In this document: positions 18,021 to 26,492 of the stretch, in pieces | Layout: each line of letters begins with the position of its first letter | How positions within the stretch are numbered: position 1 is the stretch's first letter | Virus record (IMG/VR): IMGVR_UViG_3300031134_000639 | Strand: one strand, 5' to 3' | Source: a virus | Taxonomy: Duplodnaviria > Heunggongvirae > Uroviricota > Caudoviricetes | Length of the DNA: 47,473 nucleotides | Notes under the pieces: generated by a model | Database searches by the model: none | The model's input: only the letters and a program-made list of their open reading frames with translations | What the model was told of the DNA's origin: nothing | Program-made: the position numbers and the translations under genes

Positions 18021-18719
18021 TTAACGTGTGCCGAAAGAGAAAGGATGAGATGAAGGTGGAGGAGCCGTGAAGTTGACGTGCTTAGAGATTTTCTGGGCTT
18101 GCAGAACTTTGTCTGCCGGAGTACCCTTCAACGGGTTGACGGTCTTCACCGCCAAAGGCTTGTCCGAAAAGTTAGACAACGCGAAGTTCTCAGTAAGCTC
18201 TTTGAAACTAACCCAACGCCTCTGCTTTTTCTCATAACGACTGATGACTCTCATGTGGTCTTTGCAGTATGGGGAGAGAACACTGTCCTCAAACCCACAG
18301 CTGAAAATCTCGGCCTCCTCCGGGCATCCATTTGCTGAGCAGCCACTCACCTGGATGGCATTCAAAGTGAGGGTCTTGCCAACCATCACAGTCTTACCAT
18401 TCACGGTTTTCTGCACATAACCGTTGCTGAGGGTGACTTCAAGGTTTAACAGGCCCTCTTGTTGTAGGAAGCTTCCTTTAGGGTTACTCGTCAGCGGATG
18501 AACAACAGAACCGCAGGTGCACTGCCAGTCCCAGTCTTGCATGTTCTTATGGGAGATTGCTTTAGAGCAGGTGGTGTCTATAACTCGCCCACAGAGGATA
18601 TCATTGTCCTCACGGAAACCAAACTCCTTGTCAACAGACTCAATCCTGGCGCTGATAAGGCCAGTGTATTCGCTCAAGTCAGATACAGAGTCAGGTGCCT
18701 TCAAAAAGTGTTTCCTCAT
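18021..18719 (-). CDS. Hypothetical Cys/His-rich protein, HxNxQxWD family member 4
   Basis: HKNMQDWDWQCTCGS ... SNGY ... GKT ... CSANGC ... CKDH; ATG 18719 lies 6 nt after TGCTATACT. Confidence 0.7.
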   Translation of the reverse strand: MRKHFLKAPDSVSDLSEYTGLISARIESVDKEFGFREDNDILCGRVIDTTCSKAISHKNMQDWDWQCTCGSVVHPLTSNPKGSFLQQEGLLNLEVTLSNGYVQKTVNGKTVMVGKTLTLNAIQVSGCSANGCPEEAEIFSCGFEDSVLSPYCKDHMRVISRYEKKQRRWVSFKELTENFALSNFSDKPLAVKTVNPLKGTPADKVLQAQKISKHVNFTAPPPSSHPFSFGTR

Positions 18720-18725
18720 CACAGC

Positions 18726-18734
18726 AGTATAGCA
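18726..18734 (-). promoter_or_regulatory. Extended -10 promoter TGC-TATACT; leaderless
   Basis: Minus strand TGCTATACT-gctgtg-ATG. Confidence 0.55.
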
Positions 18735-18770
18735 TACGAAGTTAGAGTGCTGTGCGGACAGTATTATAGG

Positions 18771-19196
18771 TTAGAACAAGCGCCCGTGGGTGAGAATTAA
18801 AGTTATCACCATGAAGAATGACGGGGTGAAGATACCAAAGAAGACGCTGACAACCTTTTCAAATCTGGTGAGGTGAGTGTTAACTAGAGTACTGAAGTTG
18901 TTGAAGAAACCTAAAGCAGCGCAGCTTAACCCAAGAAGAATCATTGACCTGAAAGCAAGCTCTAATCCGGCTCCACCCAGAACATACAGGATGTTCTCTA
19001 GCACACGTGACTGAGGGTAGGAGTTAGTGAAGAACTCGGTTCCGCCGCTACCCATGACAGCGAAGCTAACAACAGCGACAACAAATGAGAATAGCGCTCC
19101 TGTGGCTAACACTAGCAGCAGCATCTTAGCTATACCGTAAGCTGTTACGTTAGCGAAGACAGATTTTTTCTCAGGCTTTAGAAGAACTGTACTCAT
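18771..19196 (-). CDS. Hypothetical multi-pass membrane protein
   Basis: Three long hydrophobic segments; SD-like GGAGAG before ATG 19196. Confidence 0.65.
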   Translation of the reverse strand: MSTVLLKPEKKSVFANVTAYGIAKMLLLVLATGALFSFVVAVVSFAVMGSGGTEFFTNSYPQSRVLENILYVLGGAGLELAFRSMILLGLSCAALGFFNNFSTLVNTHLTRFEKVVSVFFGIFTPSFFMVITLILTHGRLF

Positions 19197-19812
19197 TAGC
19201 TCTCTCCACATTCTCAATTTGTTCGTTTATTACCCACTGGGCTTGGAGTACACCAACGGTGTATGTGACAGCGAGAGCTTGGCGTTTGCCTTCAGATTTG
19301 AACTTCACTGGAATGCTTGTGCTGTTGAGGGCGCTGTTCAGAACTCGGTAGCTTGAGTCAGACAGGTTCGGTTTGCTAAAGTTCATGAGAAGCACCCTCA
19401 TTTTCTTATTCCCATGGTGAAGGTACAGGTTCACGTTGTAGCCACCAACGTTCTCATAGGTTAGGTCAGCCTGTGATACTTCGGCCAGAGGAACCGCCTT
19501 TCTTCCCAATCGGATCTCTTTCGTGCCAAGGTTTATCTCAGGGTGAGGAACAGCGAAACGGTTTAAGCGGATTGAGAGTAGGCTGATTGTGACGACGACA
19601 GCAGCATACACAGCAATCAGAAGCCAAGAGAAAACATTGTCGTTGAAATCATACAGCAGGTAAGCACCTAATGTGGCGAACGCACCCATAATGATGGGAA
19701 CCCTTTTGGGCATGTTTGTCTGATGGGGAAGCTTCACCCATTCATTGTCTGCACGGGAAGCTAGTTTAACCCAGTCGTTACCTTCAATGGTGTCGTCAAA
19801 GTTTAAGCTCAT
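19171..19812 (-). CDS. Two-TM membrane protein with a beta-rich soluble domain (paralog of 21520-22113)
   Basis: Two hydrophobic helices then EINLGTKEIRLGRKAVPLAEV; CCGATA 8 nt before ATG. Confidence 0.65.
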   Translation of the reverse strand: MSLNFDDTIEGNDWVKLASRADNEWVKLPHQTNMPKRVPIIMGAFATLGAYLLYDFNDNVFSWLLIAVYAAVVVTISLLSIRLNRFAVPHPEINLGTKEIRLGRKAVPLAEVSQADLTYENVGGYNVNLYLHHGNKKMRVLLMNFSKPNLSDSSYRVLNSALNSTSIPVKFKSEGKRQALAVTYTVGVLQAQWVINEQIENVERANEYSSSKA

Positions 19813-19820
19813 AGATTAGT

Positions 19821-19826
19821 TATCGG
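19821..19826 (-). promoter_or_regulatory. CCGATA motif 8 nt before ATG (leaderless)
   Basis: Minus strand ctCCGATAactaatctATG. Confidence 0.6.
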
Positions 19827-19856
19827 AGGGTCCAGTCTTAGTCTTCTGAGTACGAC

Positions 19857-20222
19857 CTATCCAAAATAGGCAATAAGAAAAGCGACAGCGGAGCAGACAA
19901 TAGGGATGCTTAGGTTGACTACCTTATGGACCGCCCACTGGTTTCTCTTGTCTTCCCCATTCACTGTGCGTGGAATAAAATAGTCTACAGCGAAGCAGCC
20001 GAGGGTAACCAAGGAGAACAGGAACACAAGCTCAGTTGTTTTCGTGCCCTGGAACACGTAGATGAAGGTGAGCAGCATAGAACAGAAAGCAATCAATGCA
20101 ACTCTGCCGCGAAGCCTCTTCTGCCTGGCGGAACGATACTGGGTAACGTCACCTTTACTGTTCTTGAAAGAAGTTTTAGGGTCTGGCTCGGTCAACTTAA
20201 CGTCGTCCTTGTTTTCAGTCAT
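19857..20222 (-). CDS. Hypothetical membrane protein (3 hydrophobic segments)
   Basis: Hydrophobic stretches; SD AGGAG before ATG. Confidence 0.65.
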   Translation of the reverse strand: MTENKDDVKLTEPDPKTSFKNSKGDVTQYRSARQKRLRGRVALIAFCSMLLTFIYVFQGTKTTELVFLFSLVTLGCFAVDYFIPRTVNGEDKRNQWAVHKVVNLSIPIVCSAVAFLIAYFG

Positions 20223-20305
20223 TTTCTCCTGCTTTCTGATGTAACAACAATGCTACCAGAAAGGTAACCAGAAATCAAACAGGGTGGTACTAAAACAACG
20301 GTAAT

Positions 20306-20316
20306 TGTGGTACAAT
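20306..20316 (+). promoter_or_regulatory. Extended -10 promoter TGTGG-TACAAT
   Basis: Upstream of SD AAGGA and the GTG at 20342. Confidence 0.6.
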
Positions 20317-20341
20317 AGAGCTATATAAGAAAAGGATAATT

Positions 20342-21436
20342 GTGCCTAAGCCTACCCTATACGTTCACTTGAACACTCTCACTGAACTACACAAAGAGTA
20401 CCGCCACAAAGACTTGCTCGCTATTGCTTCAGCGAAAGATACCCCTGAGGCCACACTGCGTTTGCTTGCTGGCGATGAAGACTTCAGCATCCACGGTTAC
20501 GCCCTGAAGAACTCTAACATGCCTCAAGACGTTGTAGACAACTTCGTTAGCAATGCGGTGAAGTTAGAGAACTCTGCTCAACCAGCAACGCCAACAGAGA
20601 TGGCAGCTGCTCACCAGAACAGGTACACCCTGAGACTCATCGCTGCGGAGAACACTAACCTGAGCCTTGCGACTCAGAAGCTTCTGGCAGAGCACCCTGT
20701 CCAACAGCAGGCTCTGGCTTCCAACAAAAACCTTGACCCTAGCGTGCTGAAGCTTCTACTTGAAGACGCTAAAGATGACGCATGGCTTTTCAACAGTCTA
20801 GCTCAAAACCCGTCACTTACTTCAGCGATGGTTGAAGAAGTATATAGCAAGGACAAGCCAGACGTATGGCAGGCCATTGCCGGAGCGAAAGTGGCTCCAG
20901 AGCACATTCTTCAGGAGATCTATGACAACATTTCTACTACAGAAAATGTTACAGTTGTCGCCTACGCACTAGCTAAGAACACTAAAGCCCCTCAGACTGT
21001 GCTAGCTGGGTTAGCCAAAGACTCTGACTCTCACATACGTCAGATGGTTGCAGCTAACCGTGGTACCTCCAGAGAAATTATTCTGGAATTGCTCAATGAC
21101 ACTGAATATTGGGTTCGCTCAGCTGCTGTAAGAAATTCACGTATTACAGCAGCTGATTTGGATACTCTACTTCAGGGTAGTAACGATGATATCGCTATTG
21201 CAGCAGAATCAAAGAAGCTCCCTGCTGACAAACTGCAAGCATTGTTTGAGAAGGCCTTTGCCGACAACAGCAAAAAAGGACGAGCACTGTTTGAAAAGCT
21301 TGTTGTGTCCAAGTCATATAATGAACATCTCAAAAAGCAGAATATTGAACCCCAGGTTGGGCACCCTTACTCTTCTACATCAGAAAAAGTAGCTAGCTCA
21401 ATAATTGAGAGGCTTTTGCTGGGCAAGACTAGGTAG
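20342..21436 (+). CDS. Leucine-rich-variant/HEAT-like repeat protein
   Basis: Repeated ~24-aa helical units such as ALAKNTKAPQTVLAGLAKD, VAANRGTSREIILELLND and AAVRNSRITAADLDTL. Confidence 0.75.
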   Translation: MPKPTLYVHLNTLTELHKEYRHKDLLAIASAKDTPEATLRLLAGDEDFSIHGYALKNSNMPQDVVDNFVSNAVKLENSAQPATPTEMAAAHQNRYTLRLIAAENTNLSLATQKLLAEHPVQQQALASNKNLDPSVLKLLLEDAKDDAWLFNSLAQNPSLTSAMVEEVYSKDKPDVWQAIAGAKVAPEHILQEIYDNISTTENVTVVAYALAKNTKAPQTVLAGLAKDSDSHIRQMVAANRGTSREIILELLNDTEYWVRSAAVRNSRITAADLDTLLQGSNDDIAIAAESKKLPADKLQALFEKAFADNSKKGRALFEKLVVSKSYNEHLKKQNIEPQVGHPYSSTSEKVASSIIERLLLGKTR

Positions 21437-21484
21437 AAAGTGGTGAACACTATTAAATTTAATAGTGTTCACCACTTTCTACCT
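21431..21484. terminator. Perfect 54-bp palindrome between convergent genes, probable bidirectional terminator
   Basis: aggtagaaagtggtgaacactattaaa followed directly by its exact reverse complement. Confidence 0.75.
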
Positions 21485-21519
21485 TTGTATTAAGCTGATC
21501 TTATTAGTACTTATCACAT

Positions 21520-22113
21520 TCAGACAGTTTGCGGGTAAGCATAAGTGCTAATCAGCTGTGTTAGCTGCGCTTTGCCTAACTTGTGTTTCATGACCTTGTT
21601 GCTTGACTCAATTTCCTGCATCTGATCCTGCGGGATGCCTGACCTGTTGATGGTCTCCATGAGATGCTGAAGTTTCTCTTTAGACATGGCAACACCCTGG
21701 TTGATGGTGATAGCAACGTTTGACTCGTTGTCCTTAACGTTGAACTTGAGCTTGTACAATGGTTTAGCGCTTGCATGGTTGCGAGCAGTAACTTCAACAC
21801 TTTGGAGGTAGCTTAGAGGGTAAACTTCTCCTTTGATGCTGAGGTTGTTCTCGCTCAGGTTAGCTTTGACTTTGTACCTTGTGTGTGAGATGAGGAAAGC
21901 TATCAATGCTGCCAGTCCGAAAGCTCCGGCAAGCAACACGATGCGAAGTATCGCTTCTGTGGGCGTGTCTGCTCTAAATAGTCCAACAACTGTCAAACCG
22001 CCGAGCAAGATAGCGGGTGGTAGAAGGATTGTTTTCATGCTCAGACTGTAGCTAACCCAGCCTTGCAAAAGTGAGGTGGGCTTGTTGGTAGGAAGTGGTT
22101 GGTATGCGCTCAT
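21520..22113 (-). CDS. Two-TM membrane protein with a beta-rich soluble domain (paralog of 19171-19812)
   Basis: Two TM helices then KANLSENNLSIKGEVYPLSYL; CCGATA 9 nt before ATG. Confidence 0.65.
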   Translation of the reverse strand: MSAYQPLPTNKPTSLLQGWVSYSLSMKTILLPPAILLGGLTVVGLFRADTPTEAILRIVLLAGAFGLAALIAFLISHTRYKVKANLSENNLSIKGEVYPLSYLQSVEVTARNHASAKPLYKLKFNVKDNESNVAITINQGVAMSKEKLQHLMETINRSGIPQDQMQEIESSNKVMKHKLGKAQLTQLISTYAYPQTV

Positions 22114-22122
22114 GCTGACTTA

Positions 22123-22128
22123 TATCGG
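22123..22128 (-). promoter_or_regulatory. CCGATA motif 9 nt before ATG (leaderless)
   Basis: Minus strand gaCCGATAtaagtcagcATG. Confidence 0.55.
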
Positions 22129-22146
22129 TCTCAAATTCAACTAAAG

Positions 22147-22181
22147 AGGGCCTGTAACCCTAGTTTAGAGTTACAGGCCCT
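22147..22181. terminator. Hairpin downstream of the AIM24 gene
   Basis: agggcctgtaac / gttacaggccct, 12-bp perfect arms. Confidence 0.65.
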
Positions 22182-22197
22182 GCTTCAACTATTTGAC

Positions 22198-22905
22198 TCA
22201 TCCGCCAATGCTGAAACCGCCGCCGCTGCCGCCGCTACTTGGCATAAGGCTTGTAATCCAGGAGGCGAACGCTTTAGGGTTGCGAGTCTGTGTGATAACG
22301 TCTCCGGGGCCTGTAATGTCCATGACAAGTCCTTCACCTGACTTGATGCTACCGAAGATGCCTTTAGCTATTTTGCGGATGCGTACGTTGCATGTGTCCT
22401 CGTACGCTACAAGATGCCCTGTGTCAACAGTGATGGTCTCACCAGCTGCTAGAGAGCTAACATCCATTGCGCCATATGCTGCCATGACAATCTTTCCGTG
22501 GCCTGTTGCTTTGACAAGGAAAGCGCCTTCCCCACCGAAGAAAGTACCTGCGTTACCGAACTTAGCGTCCAAGTTGACTGTCGTGTCGCTAGCTAGCCAT
22601 ACGCCTTTAGTGAGGATAAGAGGGGATGAAGGCCCAATGTCTGCAACGATAACGTCGCCAGCTAGGTTAGGTACAACATCAACCCATCCGCCTTGGGGAG
22701 CACTGAATTTTGAAACGAAGAAGGAGTCACCGGAGAGGAGAGCACGTTTAGCTGCACCGAATAGTCCGCCCTCCATTTTTGACTCAACAACAATGCCGGA
22801 AGACTGCTGGTACATGGCTCCAGCTTCAACGTTAGCTACTTCACCTGCTCTTAGTTTCAGTCTTGCCACTGCGAAAGCTGGGGAGTGTTTGATCTCTACG
22901 TCCAT
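22198..22905 (-). CDS. AIM24 family protein (TIGR00266-like)
   Basis: IKHSPAFAVARLKLRAGEVANVEAGAM, GDSFFVSKF, FFGGEGAF, VDTGHLVAY, SGEGLV; SD GGAG before ATG 22905; Gly/Ser tail. Confidence 0.85.
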   Translation of the reverse strand: MDVEIKHSPAFAVARLKLRAGEVANVEAGAMYQQSSGIVVESKMEGGLFGAAKRALLSGDSFFVSKFSAPQGGWVDVVPNLAGDVIVADIGPSSPLILTKGVWLASDTTVNLDAKFGNAGTFFGGEGAFLVKATGHGKIVMAAYGAMDVSSLAAGETITVDTGHLVAYEDTCNVRIRKIAKGIFGSIKSGEGLVMDITGPGDVITQTRNPKAFASWITSLMPSSGGSGGGFSIGG

Positions 22906-22971
22906 TGTTTTCTCCAATTGGTTGTTCTAAGAAAAGTATCATTGGCTTGCCGTTTGCCTACCTTCTGCTTA

Positions 22972-22977
22972 TATCGG
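22972..22977 (-). promoter_or_regulatory. CCGATA motif upstream of the AIM24 gene
   Basis: Minus strand caCCGATAtaagc; same following bases (taag) as the 22123 copy. Confidence 0.45.
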
Positions 22978-23041
22978 TGGTAGTCCCACATCTTTGATGG
23001 CCTTGATAGGCAGATGACTACGTTGCATTCACGATAAGTGG

Positions 23042-23821
23042 TTAAGAGCGTTTCTCATCTGGGCTAGTGTAACGAATTTCCCCTAGCCCAGCTTTCAACG
23101 CAGGGTGGTCAGCAAGGTAAGCTTCTGTGTTCGCTTTGACTTCGCTCATCTGGCTGGAGTCTGTTAGCTTGATATTAACGCCTCCGTAATATGTGACCCC
23201 AAGTACTGTGTCTTGGGTGAACAGATAGTCAACGAAAGCAAGTCGGTCAGCGATTGCCTCTGGAGTGCTCCCTTCAGGGAACTCAACCGCATATCGCTCT
23301 CTAGCGCTTTTAATCTCAACCCGAGGTGCTTCTATGCCAGACGCTTCGTAGGCCCTGTACACGCCTCTGACGGCCTCTGAGGGGTCAGAAACCTCTGGAG
23401 CTAGAGTCGCTTTGAAATAATAGGAGGCAAGGTTTACTGAAGCTAGGCTGTCATCGTTGTTGAACCTCTGTGACAGGTCAAAAACGTTTTTCTCTACGCC
23501 TTCCTCAAGCTCAACTTTGCCGCCAACCTGGTAGTCAGCATCAATGTCACGTTTGCTACTCTCCTGGTATGCAGCAACCTTGCTGCTGACCTGAATGTAG
23601 TCATCGTATGTGGCTGTGTCATCAAGGACCACGGTAGAGTCAATCTTCCACTCAGGTGGTGTCTTAACAAGATCTAGCCCAGTTGTTACCTTCTCAACAT
23701 GAGGATAGCTTTCCACTGTTTCAATATACTGTTTGGTATCTTCTTTAGCTGCACCGCAGCCTGTCAAAGAAAACACGACAGCAACAGTCAACGCTGCTAC
23801 AGCTAGTTTCTTCATGAGCAT
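23042..23821 (-). CDS. Putative lipoprotein
   Basis: MKKLAVAALTVAVVFSLTG|C: basic N-region, hydrophobic core and lipobox LTGC. Confidence 0.75.
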   Translation of the reverse strand: MLMKKLAVAALTVAVVFSLTGCGAAKEDTKQYIETVESYPHVEKVTTGLDLVKTPPEWKIDSTVVLDDTATYDDYIQVSSKVAAYQESSKRDIDADYQVGGKVELEEGVEKNVFDLSQRFNNDDSLASVNLASYYFKATLAPEVSDPSEAVRGVYRAYEASGIEAPRVEIKSARERYAVEFPEGSTPEAIADRLAFVDYLFTQDTVLGVTYYGGVNIKLTDSSQMSEVKANTEAYLADHPALKAGLGEIRYTSPDEKRS

Positions 23822-23827
23822 GTTAAC

Positions 23828-24502
23828 TCAATTCTTTAGAGCCGAAATTTTGGCGAAATACGATAGGTGCATTTCAATAATTTTCTCAGTTTCACGTTCA
23901 ACAGAGATATCGTCTGTAGTGCAGAACATAGTGATTGCCTCATACAAGGAACGAACCATCCAAGCCATCGTGTGGTCAATCATCCAAGGGTTTGATCCTT
24001 TTGTAAAGTTAGGATACAGGTTCTGTAGAAGGTTCCTGTCCTTCAGTCGTTCCCAGTGGTTGATGCTGTTGGTTGTCATAGCTGCAACTAGACTTGCCCT
24101 GTCACTCTCATAGTTTTGGATGATAAATCTGATGTGTTTAGCCCCAGAGTCATTATTGTACTCTCGCAACCAGGATTCAAACAAAGCAGTAGCAGAGTTG
24201 TTACCTGGCATATAGAAAGGCTCGTCTTCTCTCAGGGCTTTTCCTACCGCAGCGAGAACTTCTGGGAGGAAAAAGTCGGTGCTCATGCCGTCCAAGTAAA
24301 CACATTCGGTGACATGAGTAAGCACGCTGTCAACAAGGCTGAAAACACCACCTAAGTTTGATGCGTTAAAAGAGTACATGCTTTCAATGTAGCTGAGAGG
24401 AATCTCATCGGAGGAGTCATCTGCGCCAGGTGTTATCAACACTGCAAGCTTCTTGACGGTCGGGTAGAACTTCTCTGGTGTTGGCAAACTGACAAGATTC
24501 AT
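23828..24502 (-). CDS. Hypothetical helical protein (possible distant member of the GxPxxY family)
   Basis: Long ORF coupled to 24499; EIPLSYIESM resembles the family motif. Confidence 0.6.
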   Translation of the reverse strand: MNLVSLPTPEKFYPTVKKLAVLITPGADDSSDEIPLSYIESMYSFNASNLGGVFSLVDSVLTHVTECVYLDGMSTDFFLPEVLAAVGKALREDEPFYMPGNNSATALFESWLREYNNDSGAKHIRFIIQNYESDRASLVAAMTTNSINHWERLKDRNLLQNLYPNFTKGSNPWMIDHTMAWMVRSLYEAITMFCTTDDISVERETEKIIEMHLSYFAKISALKN

Positions 24503-25248
24503 GAGGTTTTTCCTTCAGCAGATTTGAGTGTGTTGTTGAGTCGCAGGAAACCGAACACAAGCTCAGCTGCTTCACGCAAGTTCTGCACAGTGTTGTATTC
24601 GTCATCGTCTGTGACAGCTATAGTCGGAGCGCATGTGAACATGGTAAAGAGCATCTGTGGTGACTCTTCAAGACCCAGCGACCAATGCATAAACTTTTTT
24701 TGTCCAACCTTTACCCCAAGTTCTTCTTCTTGCATGAGTTTAAAAGTCTCACTACGGAGCTTACTGAAAGCAATAGCCAGAGGGTGTGCCCAGAAAGCTT
24801 CATAGTAAGAATAATGCATTTCTTCTTTCTTCCAAGAAGAACCTAGCGACTCACGGGTTCTTTGTTTCATGGTGGAAGTAATGAGAGTTCCCATGTGAGG
24901 ATCCTCAGAAAGTGCATTGAAGTCTTTTACGAACCTGATGGCAGCGTAAAAGTAAGGAAAATTAGTTTCCTGCTCACTGGAGTCATTCTCTAGTAGTCTA
25001 CTGAAGCTATCAGCGCCATGAAAACCTGCCAGATGAGGCTTAAGCTCCTCGTGCAAAGAGTCCAGGAAAGACACGAAACCATTGACTATGATTTCACCCA
25101 CAAGATTATCTCGGGAGAGTTCAGATTCATAAAGCTTATCTATGTAAGCTTTAGGTACTCCTGTTGCTACCGTCTTATTTTCGCTATTAGAGAACTCAAG
25201 AGCGTAGGGGAGAAGCACGTCCCTAACCTGCGGGCTTGCATATGTCAT
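24499..25248 (-). CDS. Hypothetical helical protein (GxPxxY family)
   Basis: TGVPKAYIDKLYESELS; SD AAAGGAG; extended -10 TGATAGACT at 25276-25284 (minus). Confidence 0.65.
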   Translation of the reverse strand: MTYASPQVRDVLLPYALEFSNSENKTVATGVPKAYIDKLYESELSRDNLVGEIIVNGFVSFLDSLHEELKPHLAGFHGADSFSRLLENDSSEQETNFPYFYAAIRFVKDFNALSEDPHMGTLITSTMKQRTRESLGSSWKKEEMHYSYYEAFWAHPLAIAFSKLRSETFKLMQEEELGVKVGQKKFMHWSLGLEESPQMLFTMFTCAPTIAVTDDDEYNTVQNLREAAELVFGFLRLNNTLKSAEGKTS

Positions 25249-25304
25249 GTGCTCTCCTTTAAAGTCAACGCCACCAGTCTATCAGACAATGAGCTTAAAT
25301 ACAA

Positions 25305-25310
25305 CCGATA
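25305..25310 (+). promoter_or_regulatory. CCGATA motif upstream of the oxygenase-like gene
   Basis: caaCCGATAgaag, divergent from the minus-strand extended -10 promoter. Confidence 0.5.
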
Positions 25311-25352
25311 GAAGTGAGGATAACTTGTTTAAACTTGGAAGGTAGCAGCTAT

Positions 25353-26033
25353 ATGACCAAAGTACTCTTTAACCGTAACAAGCCGGTGATAGGTAACAGC
25401 ATTGAGGAGCCGTCACAGGAACTCATTGAGACCTCATTGAACTTGCGTCAGGTGTCTCTTGAAGACGCTGTTCGCTACGGTGGACCAATCACCAAGGCAG
25501 CACTGGGAGCCATGAACTTCCGTGGCGACCGTAAGTACATTATCGTTGACACAAAAGTTCACCTGCTGATGCCTAAGTTCACCCCCGCTATCCCAGGTTG
25601 GCACACAGACGGTGTACCTCGTGGTGTTGAGATGGACCCTGCCGGTAAAGGCAAGCCAAACCTTCGCTCACAGGAGGAAGGCCTCGTAACAGCCCCAAGG
25701 TATCACCTTATGACCACAGGCGACTTCTGCCCAACAACGTTCATGACTGAGCCAACAGAGTTTGATGTTGACCTTGAACTGAACAGCGACCTGTACAAGA
25801 ACATCACAGAGCAGGCAAACGCTATGGGCGAGTTCCCAACTATGGAAGCACCAGCTTCAACCATCGTTGAGTGGGACTGGTGGAACGTGCACACTGCTAT
25901 TCCTTCACGTGGACGTGGATGGCGTTACCTGATCCGCGCTGCGGAGACTGACTACATTCCTCCTCGCACAAACCCTGCGGACTTCATCCGCACACAGAAC
26001 CAGGTTTACGTTTCACCTGAGTTTGGCTGGTAA
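25353..26033 (+). CDS. Putative 2-oxoglutarate/Fe(II)-dependent dioxygenase
   Basis: PAIPGWHTDG (HxD), distal His in WWNVHTA, and RYLIR carrying the Arg expected for 2OG binding. Confidence 0.6.
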   Translation: MTKVLFNRNKPVIGNSIEEPSQELIETSLNLRQVSLEDAVRYGGPITKAALGAMNFRGDRKYIIVDTKVHLLMPKFTPAIPGWHTDGVPRGVEMDPAGKGKPNLRSQEEGLVTAPRYHLMTTGDFCPTTFMTEPTEFDVDLELNSDLYKNITEQANAMGEFPTMEAPASTIVEWDWWNVHTAIPSRGRGWRYLIRAAETDYIPPRTNPADFIRTQNQVYVSPEFGW

Positions 26034-26042
26034 GACATAGCC

Positions 26043-26088
26043 TAGAAAGAGGGTGATGTACTCAAATGGGTACATCACCCTCTTTCTA
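26043..26088. terminator. Inverted repeat (19-bp arms) between convergent genes
   Basis: tagaaagagggtgatgtac / gtacatcaccctctttcta. Confidence 0.75.
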
Positions 26089-26089
26089 T

Positions 26090-26344
26090 TTAGCTGGCTA
26101 CATAAACTACTTTCAGGTTCTTGGTTTTAATCAAGTCTTTGCTGTCCCACTCTGACGGAGAGTGGACACTGACAAACTCATGGAAGTAGTGGTATCCGGT
26201 TCTTACTAGAACATCCTTTTCAATGAAACCTTCCAGCAGTTTACCTTCGTCGTCGTAGTAGTCCGGTTCCAAGTCTGTTTCCTCATAGCTGACAAGTGAA
26301 CCTACTGGTAGAGCCTTCAGTTCTTCTTCGGTGATGGTTGACAT
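26090..26344 (-). CDS. Small acidic hypothetical protein (MSTITEEELKALPVGS...)
   Basis: SD GAAAGGG before ATG 26344. Confidence 0.6.
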   Translation of the reverse strand: MSTITEEELKALPVGSLVSYEETDLEPDYYDDEGKLLEGFIEKDVLVRTGYHYFHEFVSVHSPSEWDSKDLIKTKNLKVVYVAS

Positions 26345-26437
26345 TTTGTTGCCCTTTCGTTGGTTGAAATGCCAGCATAGCACACATTTTTGCTGGTCAG
26401 GGGCATATTATTTTAATATATTTTATTGTCGCCAGGT

Positions 26438-26489
26438 AAACGAAGAAGGAGGTTGACCTTGGATTTAAGGTCAACCTCCTTCTTCGTTT
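26438..26489. terminator. Inverted repeat (23-bp perfect arms, 6-nt loop) ending the proS unit
   Basis: aaacgaagaaggaggttgacctt / aaggtcaacctccttcttcgttt. Confidence 0.75.
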
Positions 26490-26492
26490 CAG

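Noticed and set aside
22193-22930. 245-aa plus-strand ORF
   Set aside because: Antisense shadow of the AIM24 gene
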